This document shows positions 1-15,600 of a stretch of DNA of 64,000 nucleotides, piece after piece. The stretch's first letter is position 1, and each line of letters begins with the position of its first letter. The position numbers were made by a program, and so were the translations under genes. The DNA lies in NCBI GenBank assembly GCA_964106915.2, contig OZ066916.1; one strand, 5' to 3'. A model generated the notes under the pieces. That model saw only the letters and a program-made list of their open reading frames with translations. It ran no database searches and was not told the DNA's origin. This DNA comes from Podarcis gaigeae (Eukaryota).

Positions 1-60
1 AACCCCAATTAGATACTTTTGGAGGTCAAAACTGTAGCTGCGGAAACAGAAAAGACATAC

Positions 61-187
61 GTTGCATCCAGTTTCTGTGTGCAGTTAACCAAGGCTAATG
101 CACTGCTCAAATCCAACGGGTGAAGGAAAAGCAGGTCCTGGGAAGTTTTTGAACGAGACCAAGCAAGGCCTTTGCGATATGACAACC
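61..187 (-). CDS. MDN1: MDN1 exon 76
   Basis: 127 nt; LSYRKGLAWSRSKTSQDLLFLHPLDLSSALALVNCTQKLDAT; donor GTATGT. Confidence 0.9.
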
Positions 188-658
188 CTGGAAAGATATT
201 TAAAATACATCTAACTTCAATTTTTCTTTTTGAGACTTGAAATAAACAACATGGAAGTTCTTTTTAGTGAGTCCATTCAGTCATGCCTTTTCCTCTCCAA
301 CACCTAAGCGATGATGGCTGATATAGACGATTCTGAGAATTTAGCTTTAGTGGTTGAAAGGAGCAAAGAAAACAAGCGGCTATAACTAACCAGCAGGAAT
401 TGCTTTCAGAGCCAGTGTGGAGACCAGGATTCAGATCCCCACTGGGCCACAAAGCTCACCAGGGGACATTGGGCCAGGCACTGCCTCTCCGCCTAACCTA
501 CCCCACAGGGTTCTTCTGAGTATTAAATGAAGAGGGTGGGGGACCATGTATGCCACCTTGAGCTCCTTGGATAGAAAGGTGGGATATGAATGCAATAAAT
601 AAATAATGAAAAGGTTCTGGACCCTATCCTTTCTGTGTGCATGGCTACAAAGCTGTGC

Positions 659-697
<39 letters not shown>

Positions 698-3600
698 TAG
701 AGCAATACAGTAAAAATTCATTCCACATTTCCAATTAGTATTCATCCTAACCCAATTGTACTACCTACCTCCCAGCTATTATCATTTGGTACACTATACC
801 TATGGAGGTAACTCACTCACATGGCATTTTGCTAGTTTGAGGGGTGGGAGTTGGGGTTACTACTGCTTATTTTTTGTTTGTTGTCTCCAAAGAGTAGTAG
901 TTCCAGCTCCTCTTACCTGTATTAGCCAGGTTTTTAAAGAGCTCTGTTAGGGCCCTCTGCTTCTGCACGAGTAAATGTTTGGCCTCGGACTTCTGCTTTT
1001 CCTTGTCTGCAGTTGGATTTACAGACATATGCTGCAGCTCATGGGAAGAGGAAATTACGTCACCTGTAAAAAGGAGGAGCGCAGCAGAAAGCAATCTGTC
1101 AATCTATTAATTTCAGCACGTCTACTCAAACCCACCAATTATTAGGAAAAACAAATTACCTTCCTGTTGAACGTTACACTGTAATAAAAGTTTTACCTGT
1201 GAAATTGTCAAGGCTCTCCACCAGATCCAAGAACGAGTTGTTCTTCACTAGAGATGTACAGATCTTCTCCATCCGCTTCGTAAGTTTGGGTAAGCGGCCC
1301 TGAAGGGACTCTGGGTGAAAAATGTCTCCCTGGATATCCTCTAAGTGAGCAGCCTGCGGGGGAAACGTTCACAACAGGCAAAAGTCCAGGTGAGTGAAAT
1401 CCTTGTGCTTCTGGTAAGACTTACGGGCCCTATCAGTACCAACTAGCCTAGAGAGTGAAGAATGGGACTTCAAACCTAACGGAGGGTAACCATTGGGCCC
1501 TTTGGTCAGCTTCCCAAGGAGTCTGGCTGGTCACTACTGAAGAAGGAAATGCTGGCTTACACGTACCTGTAGTCTTGTCTATAATAACAGCCATATTACT
1601 GAGTCACTGGGTACTTACTGTGAGATGACAGAAGTCAGCCACAGAGGGTTATGTCGCATCCTACTAGCCTAGACAGGAAAATTCTACTGCAAACTTTAAT
1701 GCAGCCACACACCCTTCCAAGAGCTTCTCCAGGTTTCATTTCACAGAGAAGCTTGAAAGGATGTCCCTGGAAGCCTTGGAGTCCTAACTGATTAAGTATA
1801 AAAAAAATTAAAAAATAGCAACCAGGACTTTTGTCACCTTTCCAGTTATGCAGATAACAGACAGACGAATAAGGCAGAGAGAGGCAATGCAGCCATCAGC
1901 AGCCTAAGAATGCATGCAGGGCGTGGTCCTCTCACTCATCAGAAAAAGAGCCTTCTCAGGAAGTACCCAATGACCAGAAAAGAAAGCAGTCTGCAGAACC
2001 CTCTGTAAGAAGGCTGCCTCTATTTTGTAATCTTGGGCTGCCCTGAAGAGGGGGAGAAAAAAAGAAGTGCAAGCTCGGAGGTAGGGGGAAAGTCAAAGCA
2101 CAGGATGGAGGAGAAAGGACTTCTGCTAGTCTCGGTAAGCAAAATAAACTTGAAAAAGTTAGGGGAGGATACAGCCTACCGATTTGCAAAAGAGTTTTCC
2201 TGCCTAGCCTAGTAGGGTGTGATGTAACCCCTCTGGGATTGGCTCCTGTGTCCATCAGGGAAAAACACACATTTGGTCACCTCTCAATGAAACACTAGGA
2301 CGGCACTGAGAACAAAGTTTACGTTCCTGTTTCGCTGTTATCATTTCAAACATTTTGTCATATCACGGTTACAACTAAGAGTGTTCAAATACGCAGCAAG
2401 GGAATCCAGCACTCAGGTTAAGAATGTCTACCACTCCATCTGAACTCAAATGAGAACTCCAGGTACCTGAGCAGAATGGGACCTAGCAGTCAGTTTTTTT
2501 CTTAATATGTTGTTCAGGCTCTGAATTTTAGTTTCTTGGTTGCCCAATGTCTCTGCTTCCTGCAAAGAAGCAAGTTGCTCTTCTTTTGCTGTTTCCACCA
2601 AGGCAGAACGGCAGGGTTCATTGAGAGCAGCTTCAAATTTCTTCATAAACTTGAAAAGTGTCCTAAAACCCAGGAAAAGACAGGGATGAAAACAAGGACC
2701 ATCAATGTGGGTGAGCGCTCAAGCTCCACGGCAACATGGTTAAAGGGGACTTAAAAAGTTAAAAATCCACTCTGAGTGTATGCATATTAAGGTATCCAAT
2801 GCAGTTATGGCAAAGCAGTATATCCTCAGTCACCACTATGCTATGGGAGTGTCAAAAGAAGAGGATCTGGATACCAATATTGCATATTAGACACATGCAG
2901 GCCAGTCAGACAGATACTTTAACCCAAGCAAAATTTAACTCTATATTGGTAGCTAAGATTCATACTGTCAATGACTGGCTCTGCAATCTCATAGTGAACA
3001 GAATCTTGGGACAATGACTCAGGTGTATAATTTCGTTCTCCCACTACTGACTTATTTGCATTTACCCTCCCCTTAACCATTCTCAGAGTGGGGTTTAAGG
3101 AAAAAAGTAAGAGGAGAGGAAAGAGGAGAGCAGTCCCAAGAGGACATGTTTCAAGCCCCCCGTCTCTGGGCCGATAACTGATATAATCCTCCTGATGCCC
3201 AAATGCCCAATATCTCATCAAAATTTCATACTTACCTATGTGTCTTCTCCACAGACTGTTTTATAGCCCAAAAGCTGACATCATTCCACTTAGAGATTAT
3301 TACAAATTCCTGAAAAATATTCAATTCAATAAACTATGATGTTTATTTTAAACAGAAAGAAGAATTGCTGAGAGGACATGTGCTTCTGGTTTGAAGAGAT
3401 GTACTTAAAAAGCAGGGTAGGACCTAGCTATTTATTTGAACTTCCAACAACCAGAGAATACTATTACACCAAGAAATCTTGTTCTCACCTTCAATTCTTT
3501 CTCTATCGGATGCCGAAGTTCAGTCAGCCTGGTTTGGACACATTCTGAAAACTGCTTATAATAATTGTAGAGATTCCATAATACACTGCACAGCATGTCT

Positions 3601-6600
3601 GAAAAAGAGAGAATGGGTTTCATACAAAAATGCATCTTCGTCCGCACCTGAGGATTTAGGGATCTTCAAGGACATAGTAGTTCTGACTGAAACAGCATCT
3701 CTCTTTTATTAAATCTGTAAAAGTTTCAAGAAGTTGTTTATTTTTTTAATTCTACTGTATTGCTGCCTTGTTGTTTGCTTCCCTAGGTTCCTTTAGGAGG
3801 AAGGTCAGGGTAAAAAATTAATAAATTAATAATGAAAATCTGTTTAACGCCCCATTCCAATCAAGAGATTCCTTCAGGCAATTTTGCAAGGGGAAGACAA
3901 GCAAAGAGGTGTGGAAAAAGTTTTAATCTTCCATTCAGTGCTTTGCATAGAATAGTCTACTTTGTCTTTTGGCAAGCTACAGGGGAGAACTGGGTTGAAT
4001 ACACCACACTGTAATTTTGCCAGTATCTTTCGGAGAAAACTTTCGATGTAAAATAATAATAACTGGAAAATTTAGCTGAGCTCTATTAAATGTTAGGAAT
4101 AATAATTCAACTGCGTGCAATAAAGAAAAGAAAGGTAGGCAGAAGGCAGATCTGGATCTGCTGGTAGATCTCCAGCTGATCCACAGTAGACTGGCTGGAG
4201 ACAGAAACCCTTGGCAAACTGTTTAACAACAGCAACAACAGCAAGCTCTCCTGCTACCAAAGCAGGCAGCTGAGATCAAGGAAAGCTGAGCACATGCTCA
4301 GAGCCACCCTGCTCTCTTTAATTCTTTGTGTGCATGCATTCACCACCCAGCGCTACCTGGTGGAGCTAAAGTTCACCCCACAAGTCTGGCGTCTGGCTTT
4401 GGCCCATTTCACCTACCATTTCCTTCCACCTGTGGCATCAGCAAGACGTGGCAGTGGAATTCCAGCAGCATCTGAAGTCGTGTGTCAAACTCCCCCAATG
4501 TTGACCCTTCTATGAAAGCCTGCAGTGTGCCGAGCAGTGCTTTTAAATTCACATCTATCCATTTCATGAAGTTGGGATTGTAGGGAAGAAAGGGGGGGGG
4601 GAGGACAAGATGGCATGTAAATTCATTTTTGACATTAAACAACATCCATTATGGCCCTTTCAGAAGGAACTAACTCTGACACAGACAGAGGGCAGGCTCT
4701 GCCTCCCTAGAAACAAGCCTTAGTGCACAATGCAGGCTGCCTTTTACCTACAGTTAAGGAACTGTAATCCAGATGCAGGAATAATTGCTCCCTCCTCCAA
4801 GCCCTCCTGTCTCTGGAGGAAACTTCCCTCTCCTGCCTTAGCAGTGGTTAAAGGGAACCAGTTCAATAAGAGGAGAAAAGACAACACCATAAACACATCA
4901 TATTATTCATCTAATGCAATAGTATCTTTACTAACAGTTCACTTCACATTAAAGGAAAAGGTTGTATAGAGTCCACCAGACAGACAATAAAGGCGTACGT
5001 CCTGCTCAGATGTGATCTTGCCTACTTCATAAAAGTTCTTTTTTTGGCACTGATAACAGGTGCTTGGTCTATACTGGGTTGTTTTCAGCTAGAGTTGCCC
5101 ACTTGGGACGTCAATCTGGTTTAAAACAAGCCAAGATTTGTGTGCCCTGTTTACAGAGCCATGGTTTCTGAAGTCAGCAGCGTTGTGGGCTAATGTGGCT
5201 TGTCACAGCTCTTGTGAACAGCAATACACAGTTGGACTGCTCAACATTTCAATAATATAGGCAGTTACAAGATTTGCCTGTTAAGTGGCTTGAGAATCAA
5301 GATGGAAGAATACTTGATTTCTCCAATATGCTACATATTGAAAGAAGCTTTAAACTTGGCTATTGGACATGTAATAGAGAATTGCGAATGCAGATATAGA
5401 TCATATACCATTTGTATTTTTATCAGTTTATAGAAATGTGTATCCTTGAGTGTTTGCATTCTATTAACAGCATGCATTTCTTTTACCACTCTTTTATCAA
5501 TAGTTACCTTCAGTATTCTTCTGTGTCTGTTCTTGCCTATATTTCTCAATCATCTGATAGATTGAAAACCAGTGTTTCATTGACTTTTCTGTGTGATGTT
5601 TCCTTGTGTTGTCCAGACTAACAGACCAACAGCTGTCGATGCAAGTGGGGGGGAAAAAGACCTATTAATGAACATTAAATCTTGGAGCCCTATCACCACC
5701 CACCCATGCTTGCTTTTAGATCAATGGGTACACGTTTCTTAGAAAGCAGCCCAATTTTTACGACAACTATTTTTACAGTACAGGTAAGGCTGTTATTTTT
5801 GCTCTGCACTAACATCAGTGCTGAAATATGAAAACCTAAAAACATCTGCATTAGTAAATAATCAGATTTTTAAAGAAGTGAATGTAGCATATTTATTTTG
5901 CATAAGCTGCTAGGTTATCTATATTTGAAAGAACAGGGATTCTTCTTTGGCTAAGGATTGAAGAAAAATACAAAAAAAACCAAACCCACAGGGATCTAGA
6001 AGGTAGGACATAGAAGACATGCTGGAACGTAGCAAGAAGCTGTGTAGACGAATGAAACTCCACATCTCTCCCTTCAATTTCTGAGCTTGCTCCAGATGCT
6101 GTGAGCAAACCCCTGATTTGGTTTGTCCCCACCCCCCACCCCCACCCCGGTCATTTACACTTGAAAATACTCAGCACAAAGGGAACTGACAGTACATACT
6201 TCAGTTCCAGTTTACGCCACTGGATGATCAGCTGAGTGACCAAATCCAGGTGTTTCCTAAGAGAGACAGCTCGACTAGCATTCTCCTCCCAATCCTAGAA
6301 AAGGAAAAGATGCCTTTCAGACAAAAACTGAAATTATACATTTCAATGTTGATAAAAAAGTTGATTTGCTTGCCCATTATCTACACCTTTAAATTTAAAA
6401 ATGCAATCACCTTCATTCAACAAATAAGTTTCCTTTATTAGTAAATTTGGTGTTTCCTATACTACTAAAAATCAGGTTATTACAGAAGTTTCTTAACTTC
6501 TTCTCACCTTTCTGGCTACACACAAACAACCACTTGCCCCCTGATTTCTTACCTGGGACTTGGCCAGCAGAATTTCCAAGCCATTCAGGAACTTCGAAAG

Positions 6601-9600
6601 GGGACTGGAGAGTGGAAAGCTACAGATTCTGTCCAGTACAACCAAAAGCTGCAAAATGAAAGACAATCAGTGCTTCTGGCAGTCGCTTTCTAAAGCTTAA
6701 AACTAATCAACAACACAAAGGAACAGAACTTTTAATTTCATATTGCATTGCAAGATCTCATCTCTTCTGCTAATAGCAGATATAACATTCATCTGTCACA
6801 TATAGCTGAACATACTAACAAATTTAGGGGACTAGCAGTATGCTTGTTTCTGTGGAAGGTGCTATCCATACAAAGCCTTAACATGTAAGGAATCCTAGGT
6901 CAAAGCAAATATAAATTGAACTCTGGTTATTTTAGCTACTGCTTCAGTTCCTGGAAGTCTAGACTCTTACCTGGACAAGCGCAGGGTGGTCCGGCCATTC
7001 TTGCAATAGTGCTTTCACCTCTTTTGTGAAGTTTTCAAGAACATGTTGACACTGTTGCACTTGCTGAATATTAGGATGGTGATAAAAGTCATACGGCCCT
7101 TCGTTTTGCAGGACTAGTTCTGAAGCCCCCTGTTCAAAAAGTGTATTGTGCAGTATCGTGCTAGCTAGAAGTTGGCTGCCATGGAGATTATCGTTCATTT
7201 CAGAACCTATGATTTGGCCGTCCAGGGGGCAAGAAGAGAAACAAAGTCATTAAGGCAATAAAGCTTTCCTTATCTTTTAAAACAGCACATTGATTAAGAC
7301 AGTAAAGGATAAGCTCAGAGACAAATGTGTTGTGTCTTAGAGCAACTGTTTTGCACAGCCCAACACTATATAAAGTGATAGCTCACTCCAAAAGCCTCCG
7401 TGAGTATCTACTTCTGAGGCACTTAATACCGGAATGTTTAATTCTAGGAAGAATAACCTAGAATGCCTTTCTACCAATACCCCCTGCACAGCAAATCAAC
7501 AAGATCACACAGAAAGTATCAATAAATGACCACCCACACCCTAGAGGCTGTCCAAGTTCAATTATACAAGGCTTTCTTTTGCTTTATTACTATGTTTTTA
7601 GTGTCATTTAGATTCTTGAATAAAGAGCAGAACCAAACACACTACTTTCCCTCAGTGGAAACGCATCATGCTATTTGAAAGTAGGAGATTCCATTTACCC
7701 ATCGCAATAAAATCTCACCTACCCTATAGCCTATAGCCTTCAGTAGTATTCTACACATACAACTAACCCTAACTGAATTATGCTCATTATTTAAGCAGGG
7801 AAATGAGAGACCACTCATTTAAGCTACGTTGGCCTTTTAAGGCTCAAGCTAAGTATATCAAACGTGAGTGGGAAAATGGGTTTCTGAATACAAACAACAA
7901 AGAAGTCATGAAGTGGTAGGTGCAACTGCAATGGGACTGTTTTAGAGAACATAGCTCCTCAGATGTAGCCAAAGCTAAACATTTCAGTTTATTCTGTCTA
8001 CTTATTTTTTAGAGATACAGTCGTACATCAGAAGTCAAATGTTTGACTTCCAAAACGTCTGAAAACCAGGGCACGGCTTCTTCCAATCGGAAGCCGCAGA
8101 AGCCCTGTCGGAAGTTCAGTTTCCGAAAGAATGTTCGAAAACCAGAACACTCACTTCTGGGTTTTGATCGTTCTGGAGCCAAAACATTTGAGAACTAGGC
8201 TTTTCGAAAACCAAGGTACAACTGTACATACTTCAACAACCATTAGCAGTAGACACACAGGATTTTTAAATCACAGCTGTGGTCTTTGAATGATGGTTCC
8301 ATGGAAGCTTACCTGGGGTTCCTTAACAAGAAGACAGCTTGCCCATTATTAATGGCCTCACCCTGCCGTGTTCAGATGGCAGGGCAGCGCTGGGTATGCT
8401 GCAGGGAGCACTTTAGCTTATGTAAGAGATAGGAAGGTGCCACACACACTTGTGCAACATATTGGAGGGGGGATTCTATGGCTCCCTCAAAAGGATGGGG
8501 CCACTGAAGCACAGCATACTTGAAAGCATAAACGAAAAATCCTTACCAATCAAAGGATAGAAGTGAGCTACCAGCAAAGCACCAGTCTGGTAACAGGAAA
8601 GAAATGTATTCAAATGATGCTTCGCCTGATGGGAGGACAGGCTTTGCTGATACCACAAAGACCGAGCGAAGTAAAGGCACAGCTGCTGATGAATCGTCAT
8701 GACTGTTTTCATTGAGTGATGAGAAAGAAGGGCTTTTTCACAAACTGCTTCCTTTTCTAAACCGTCATTCATTTCCATTTTCCCCTCAAGGCTTGCCTCT
8801 GCTGTAATATCTTCAAAATCCTGCAAATCGTATTGAAAGGTGTATTTGGTGACAACTTGCAGCACTGTATTTTAAGATCAGCAGCAAAACTCACCAATTT
8901 CAAAGGACACACTTGCATGGAACAAGGCAGGCTGGTAAGAACTGCTTAATATGCATGACTGCTTACTATGCAGCTTTTCTGAACATGGGGAACCAGTTGT
9001 ATGCACCCTCAGGTCGTCTAGCGAGCCAGGCTTTACTAAAGATCCTGTTTCATCTGAGACGTTGCAGGAACACAACTGGGCTCCCCACACACATCCAGGT
9101 AGGAAGCAAAAAAGAGGCCACCTCTCTGTGGCAACAGAGGAACTATACTGTACATTTTGCCATAGCACTACAGCTGTATTATCTGCTCTGTATTCTATTA
9201 GGAATCTTCTTTATGGTATTAGTAAAAAAAATGCTTGTATATTTTATAATTATTTGCAACATAATATATTTTATTCCTCTTTCCAAGCCTCTTTGTTCTA
9301 TTATCCTGACTCCTGACACTAATATTTTTACTGTTTTCAAAAAAAAGAAAACACAAGCAACAGCACTACAACCAAAAGCAAGCAGGACTCAATTTGGTAA
9401 CTGAAGGCTTATTTCCCTGGCTCTGTTTCATAACACAGTCCCCCCCCCCCCCAATTTACCATTCAAAGCTCTATAAACACTTTCCTCGCAAGTCTCTTAC
9501 GGATGTGCAGAGAGCTTTTTCAGTCTTTACACTGTGTATTCTCCCAACAAGAACAAATAACGTCACAATGGCTCATTGAACACAAAGCGGAAATGTGAAC

Positions 9601-12600
9601 TTAGGATTCTGGAAGTTAGGCTACTGGACATACTGACTTCCAGTGAAATTAAAAACATTTTCAGGTTCTGCCCCTATCCCATTTCATCCAGTTCCCAGCT
9701 GCCACACTATTGATACTTCAGTATTTCTTTCTGAATATGTAAACTCCTGCACAAACACAAACAGAATAAAGTTCCGTACGCAATTTAAAGCAGAAGTTGT
9801 TTACCTTCTCATGCAGAGGGAATTTCCTCCTGAACTCTCTCTCTTCCTCCTCCTCTTCACTGAGGCCACTCCCGTGGCTCTTGGTTCTGTATCTGTAAAG
9901 ACTGTTCTTCTGTTCCTCCTCTTCCTGGGCCTGGCGCTCTTGTTCATCCCATTCATTTATAATTACCTAAGAAATAGAATGCAAACAAACAAAAGCCCAC
10001 TCATCTTGAGAAACCCATAAGAGACTTGTGCATATAAAGCCCACATGTGTCACACAGTAAACATATGGTGGCGTGAGGCCACTTGTATGTTGAAGCCTAG
10101 TCAAACAGGCTTTGTTTTCTGCTCTGTTTTTGTGGCAAGAAAAAAAAGCCCAGAGTTGGAGCCTGTAGGCTTGCTTTTATACTGGTTGCTCTAAAGCTGT
10201 GACCCCTCTTTCCAGTGAGCATTAAGCCAGTCACCTTTCTCTCTCCCAAGGGTGTCAAGATTTATTTTTCACAGATAGTTTTTGGAAGATGTTTTTGCAG
10301 CCATTTAGTCTTATTGCCGGGTTTTCTTGATTGATTTATTTTTATCAGTTTTGAAACGCTTTGTGCAACCAGAAAAGCAGTCTATAAACAACTGAGATCC
10401 AACCTGCTGCATTTTATCAGAGATAAACAAAGGAAAAATCCACGCACACAATGGGGTTTTTTCTTGGCTCTTTCCCTCCCTGAGGCTCTCAGAATAGCTG
10501 CTTGTGAGGATCAAAGGACCTTCTGGAATGGCATTGTGAGGAACCAGGGCTGCAGCAGGACAGGGAAACCAGGAGAACTCTGGAGCTGCCTTGCACAAGT
10601 AGAAGCATATTTCTACTTGTGGGAGGTATTTCTCTATTAAAAAAATAGAGCAACAGTTCCTAGAGTGGCCTGCTTTCACTTGCCAAATGCGTCTACGTAA
10701 CATTTTAAGTTAAGTTTCCAAAGATGTCCCCTCCTGGCCAGAGCAATAAGGAGAGAATGAAGGTAGAGGCTCAAAAAATGTAGCTGCTTAAATAGCACCA
10801 CCATACCTGGCACAAATGCCTAAATAGCTGCAGAGATTTGTGGTCCAGTTCTCCCTTGGACAGCACGTGGCAATGGAGAAACAACAAAGCATTCACCAGC
10901 AGCTGCTCCTGGGTGAGGCATACCCTCTGCTCCCCATCAGCATCCTCAGAGGAGTATTTCAGAGACAGCCTCTTAAGGCCATGAAGGACGTCCAGAGCGT
11001 TCACAGAGCACAAGGCATCCGCGTGGGAAAGGTAACAGGGGAAAGTGGCGCTGACGGAAGGAAACGACAGCAGAGAGGCAACCAGAGTGCCAAGCTTGGC
11101 TGGGCAGACAAAACTGCTGAACATCGTCCTATGGACTTCAGAAGCCACAAGCCTTAGGCCATGCTGCATCTGCAAAATGGCAGCTTGCAGTGGGACGACT
11201 GCATCAGGGAAGGCGGCATAGTCCTCTGCCAACCGTTTCCTGAACTGATGGTGCGACTGCTGCCAGGCTGCCTCTTCACTGAGGACGTTTTGCACCATCT
11301 GGAGAGACTGAGACTTATCCAAATGGAGTAACTGCAGCAGGCGGGTCACGAGATCCTGGACTTTTGAAGTCTGGGCAATGCTGCTGACATACTGATGAAC
11401 TTCCTTGTACAATGACTCATACGAAGGAGCCTGTGGTCTATAGGCTTGCTTTTGGCTGAGGCTGGCAATCTGGTCCTTCAGCTTCTGGATTCTTTGGCAT
11501 AACATCCTGAGAGAGGATAAGTTGCAAAAGGTCAAAGGTCAGGGTCACCCAACGATTATTAGATGAAAGCCGCCTTCAAGAGCAGAACAAATTATTTTGC
11601 TGTCATGATGAAATCTAAGTGCCACCCTGACTATTTATATAGCTTCACTTTTCTTTGCCACAAGAAACTCAGGCAACTCTGTATAGGTCTAGGTACACTG
11701 GACGAAAGCAAGCTTTTCAAATTGTGTCCAGATGCATGGGGACCAAATGGTAAGAGCCACACACCTGTTCTTGCAATCCACCCACCCCTGCCTCAAATAA
11801 TTTATCACCCAAACGGCAAACTGAGAGTCAAGAAAACAAGAATCCTGTAGTTAAGTGCAACTACCCAAGGCTCTGTTACAAGCAGGGATTTGAACCCACA
11901 GCCCACTGGACTATTGTGACCATTTACAATTGCCCTTTCAAATTTGGGAACAGGAGGTAAACATTGCAACATTCCAAAGCCACAGGGAATCTTGAAGTTA
12001 CCTAATGTGAGGATGACTGTGATGGCTGATGGCTTCATCTTCCAGATCTTTCCCTGTGCGTAACTGAGTTGATAGATTGTGTGTCTTCCATTCACATTCT
12101 AGATGGTGCAGCTGAAGGCGTCAAAAAACAAAAAACCATGCATGTTTCATTCAAGATAAAACTCTGCCACCACTCCAATTGGGTGGAGGAGGAGCTATTC
12201 TTGTGTACTGAGAATTTACAGATCCTTCTGTATGTTGTAAGTCTACAGCAAGGCTGTTACGTCATGACAGGTAAATGGAACCTCAAAGTCTAGAAACAGT
12301 GGGCTGTCTCCAATGTTGTCATGTTTGGGCAAGGACTTATGCTTGCATAAATGAATTTGGCCCCCTCCCCACACACCCAAAACTGTTCTTGGCATTCCCA
12401 AAGCCCTCTGGAGCAGATTGGGAAGGGGTATAGGGAGAGGGAGGGGAAGTCCTTGCACAAATGGGATGATTTTGTTGGATACACCACCACTACCCCAGTT
12501 ACCTCTGAATACCCATGACTAGTGACCATCACTGTCTAGGGAGCTGATCTCCAGCAATACACAGACGGGCACAGATTCCTCACCTGTGCTCAATCTGCAT

Positions 12601-15600
12601 ATCTGTGTATATCTTTATTCATCTTGTAGGGTTTTACATGACTATGCAGAGACTCATTTTCTGTTTGGAAAAATAAATAAGATCTTGCACCTGCCCTAGT
12701 ACTTGTAGTTATGCACCATGTTATCTGAATATTGGGTTGTTTTGTCTCATATGACAGCAAATTTCCAATGCAATCTTACTACATTTGTTCATGTGGCCTG
12801 GTATAGTTTAGCAGTCGTCTGAAGATTTGAAATGTCAGTGTAGCCTAAAAATCCCATTAGCCACAAGGCAAGGGAACCCAAGCCCTCACCTCTTCCTCTG
12901 CGTACTTGAGCTTGTATTCCCTTTTCACCGCTGGATCATACTGGGTCTGTGGAAGCCACAGCTGGATCTGCAGGAGACCTAGGTTGACCCAGAGACTGCC
13001 TCGCCGAGCCGTTTCGGGCAAGTTCTGCAGTCCTCCTTCGTGCCCAAAGAACTGCTGCAAGCAAGTCAGCCAGATGCAGACGATCTGCTCAGGCAATATT
13101 TCCCGGGCAGCAGCATCCCTGAGCACTTTGCAAATGTACTGAAATGCCGCTGGGCTCTTGGAGGAAACCTTATTGCAGTTCCGGAGATATTCCTCCTGCT
13201 GTTCTGCCGGAACCAGGCCTTTAAGAACTACGAGTTGCCTATGCAACATGACACCTTGGAACCTGGAATCTGTAAACCTGAAAGAAGAGATGTTCCAAAT
13301 AAGGATGAAGAAGAGATCTGCAACTGGAAAGTCCCTAGAGCCTAATCAGGCTACTGGATAGGTATCCCCTAGGCCTCTGCTGCCAACATAGAGACAAGAG
13401 AACTATCTCTACAGTAGGGTGGGGAGTCCAGCCAACCATCCACCCCATCCTCAGGTGTGCTTCTCTTTTAAGACCAGCTGTTAACTAAGGGTACAAAGCA
13501 TCTATCTCTCCTGACCCCCCCCCCCTCCGGCTTTGTTTCTTAATACAGTACCTAAATTCAGCCATGGAAGAAAAGGGTAAGTTGGTCCACAGAACTGTGC
13601 TGACTTCCTGAAGCTGCTGTGCTCTCTCCAGCCGCTCTCCCAGTGTGACGTTGGAGGCGGACAGGACAGGGAGGCCGGTCACATCCCACTGGCTCCACTT
13701 GCTGCTGCTAGTTAGAATTTCAGAGAGGCACTTGGAGAAAACTGCTCGACTCAAAATACCCACACCCTAAATTAATAAAGATCAAAACATATGTTTATAG
13801 CATTGATAAAGGTTTCCACATTTTATTTTATTTTTAAAATGGGCAGGTCACAGGCTTGGAAATGTCAGAACATTTGGGGGAACATGTTACCAAAAAACAA
13901 CATCATCATCATTGAAACACTGGAACCCACTGAAAGTCACTGAAATTTAAGTAGTGCACCAGGTTAGGTAGATGCAAAACAGGATTTCCAAACCAACATC
14001 CCACCCGTATTTAAAATACCGTGCATAAGCACTAAACTAATCCCTACCTTCAGCAATAAGATAATCCCAAAATTTGTAATTTTGCTAAATATATTTCCTA
14101 ATTAAGTTTATTTAAAAGACACTTCCCCAACTTCTAATGCAGAGTTGTGCTATTTGTCTATCTGTCCTCTACAGTGGGAGAAAAACCTGTCACCCCACCC
14201 CCGGCATTCTGATAATCAAAATATTTGATAGGGAGGGGTGAATCTAGCCTCATCTCAACTGTGTTCCTTTATCTCCTGCACTGTCTCCAGTCAATGATTT
14301 TCATTGACCACTACAGAAAAATGCAAACAAAAGTGAACATACTGACAGGAACTTTGCTAATTTTGCACAAGTCGTTCAAATATGAAAAGTCCAGCTGGAT
14401 TTTTGGACAGGGCATAGAAAATGGGTTTAGTTTTTTGTTCAAGTTGTCAGGCTCCTTTTCAAGCTTTGTTTAAAAAGCAAATCCAAGTTCCCCTGAATTT
14501 AGCATCAGTTGTATGGAAGAATTATCCAGACTGCAGCTTGTCACAAACAACTGCTGCTTAACAGGCAGCTCAAAAGCACTTTAGGAGCATTAACGCTTTA
14601 TTTTATATTAATGCTGTATTTTAAACCTGCATAAGCTATAAATAGCAGAGCCTTCCTTGGGATCAGTTCTAGTAGCTAATTCACACTCCAAGCAATGGTA
14701 GGGAATACTTTCAATCCTCTGAATGAAATGAACCCATTGTCTATGTGACATCAAAATGGCACCATTCATTCACAAGAAGGAACTATTAGAAAGTTTGTAG
14801 GAAACTTGTTATCTGCAGAAGTACACTCCACCCCCCCCAAAAAAAAAGATCTCCAGAAAAAATTGTAACTGGGAAAACTGAGTGAAGACTGAGCATGCTC
14901 AGTGGACAGAGAGGACTCACAATTAGGAGAGGAAAAAATTGCCGTATTTTTTGCACCATAACACTCACTTTTTTCCTCCTAGAAAGTAAGGGGAAATGTC
15001 TGTGCGTGTTATGGAGGGAATGCCTATGGGTGGCGGGGGGGGGGGATCTGCTGCAGTCGTGAGCAGAGGATCCATGGTTCCCCTTCCTTCCCTCCTCCGT
15101 GCTTCGCTTTGAAACAGCAAACCAGGAGAAGAGCTGCTGAGTGGGGAGGAGAGAGGGACAGAGAACCTGCTTCTTTAAAGGAGCAAAGCGGGAGAGGAGA
15201 GGAGCCTTCTCCCCTTATACCCCTCTTCTTCATTATTAGCAGCATCCTTCTCCACCCACCCCACGCATGCTTCTTCTCCCCTTAAACCCCTCTTCTGCAT
15301 TATTAGCAGCATCCTTCTCCACACACCCCACACGTGCTCCTTGTCCCTTGAGTGCTTTTCCTTCCCTCCCCTCTTAAAACGTGGTTACAAAGAATGGATC
15401 CACATGGATCCTCAGGATTTTTGCACTGAGTCACCCCAAATTCACCATCAGATCACATAGCATGTCCATGGCTACATCTTGCACCAAAAAAATCACACAC
15501 CCACTGTTGCCCGGAGCCGCAGTGGTGCAAAAACGTGGTTACAAAGCATGGATCCACATGGATCCTCAGGATTTTTGCATTGGGCTACTCCAAACTCACT

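Noticed and set aside
17-60. Alternative longer exon 76 ending at a GTATCT donor
   Set aside because: The GTATGT donor at 60 is stronger and gives the exon size and phase expected from recalled vertebrate MDN1 structure.
8878-9404. 163-aa and 121-aa + strand ORFs in intron 64
   Set aside because: No recognisable domain, alternative-frame overlap and low-complexity AT-rich ends; consistent with chance ORFs.
10840-13361. + strand ORFs over exons 61 and 63
   Set aside because: Antisense shadows of long coding exons.
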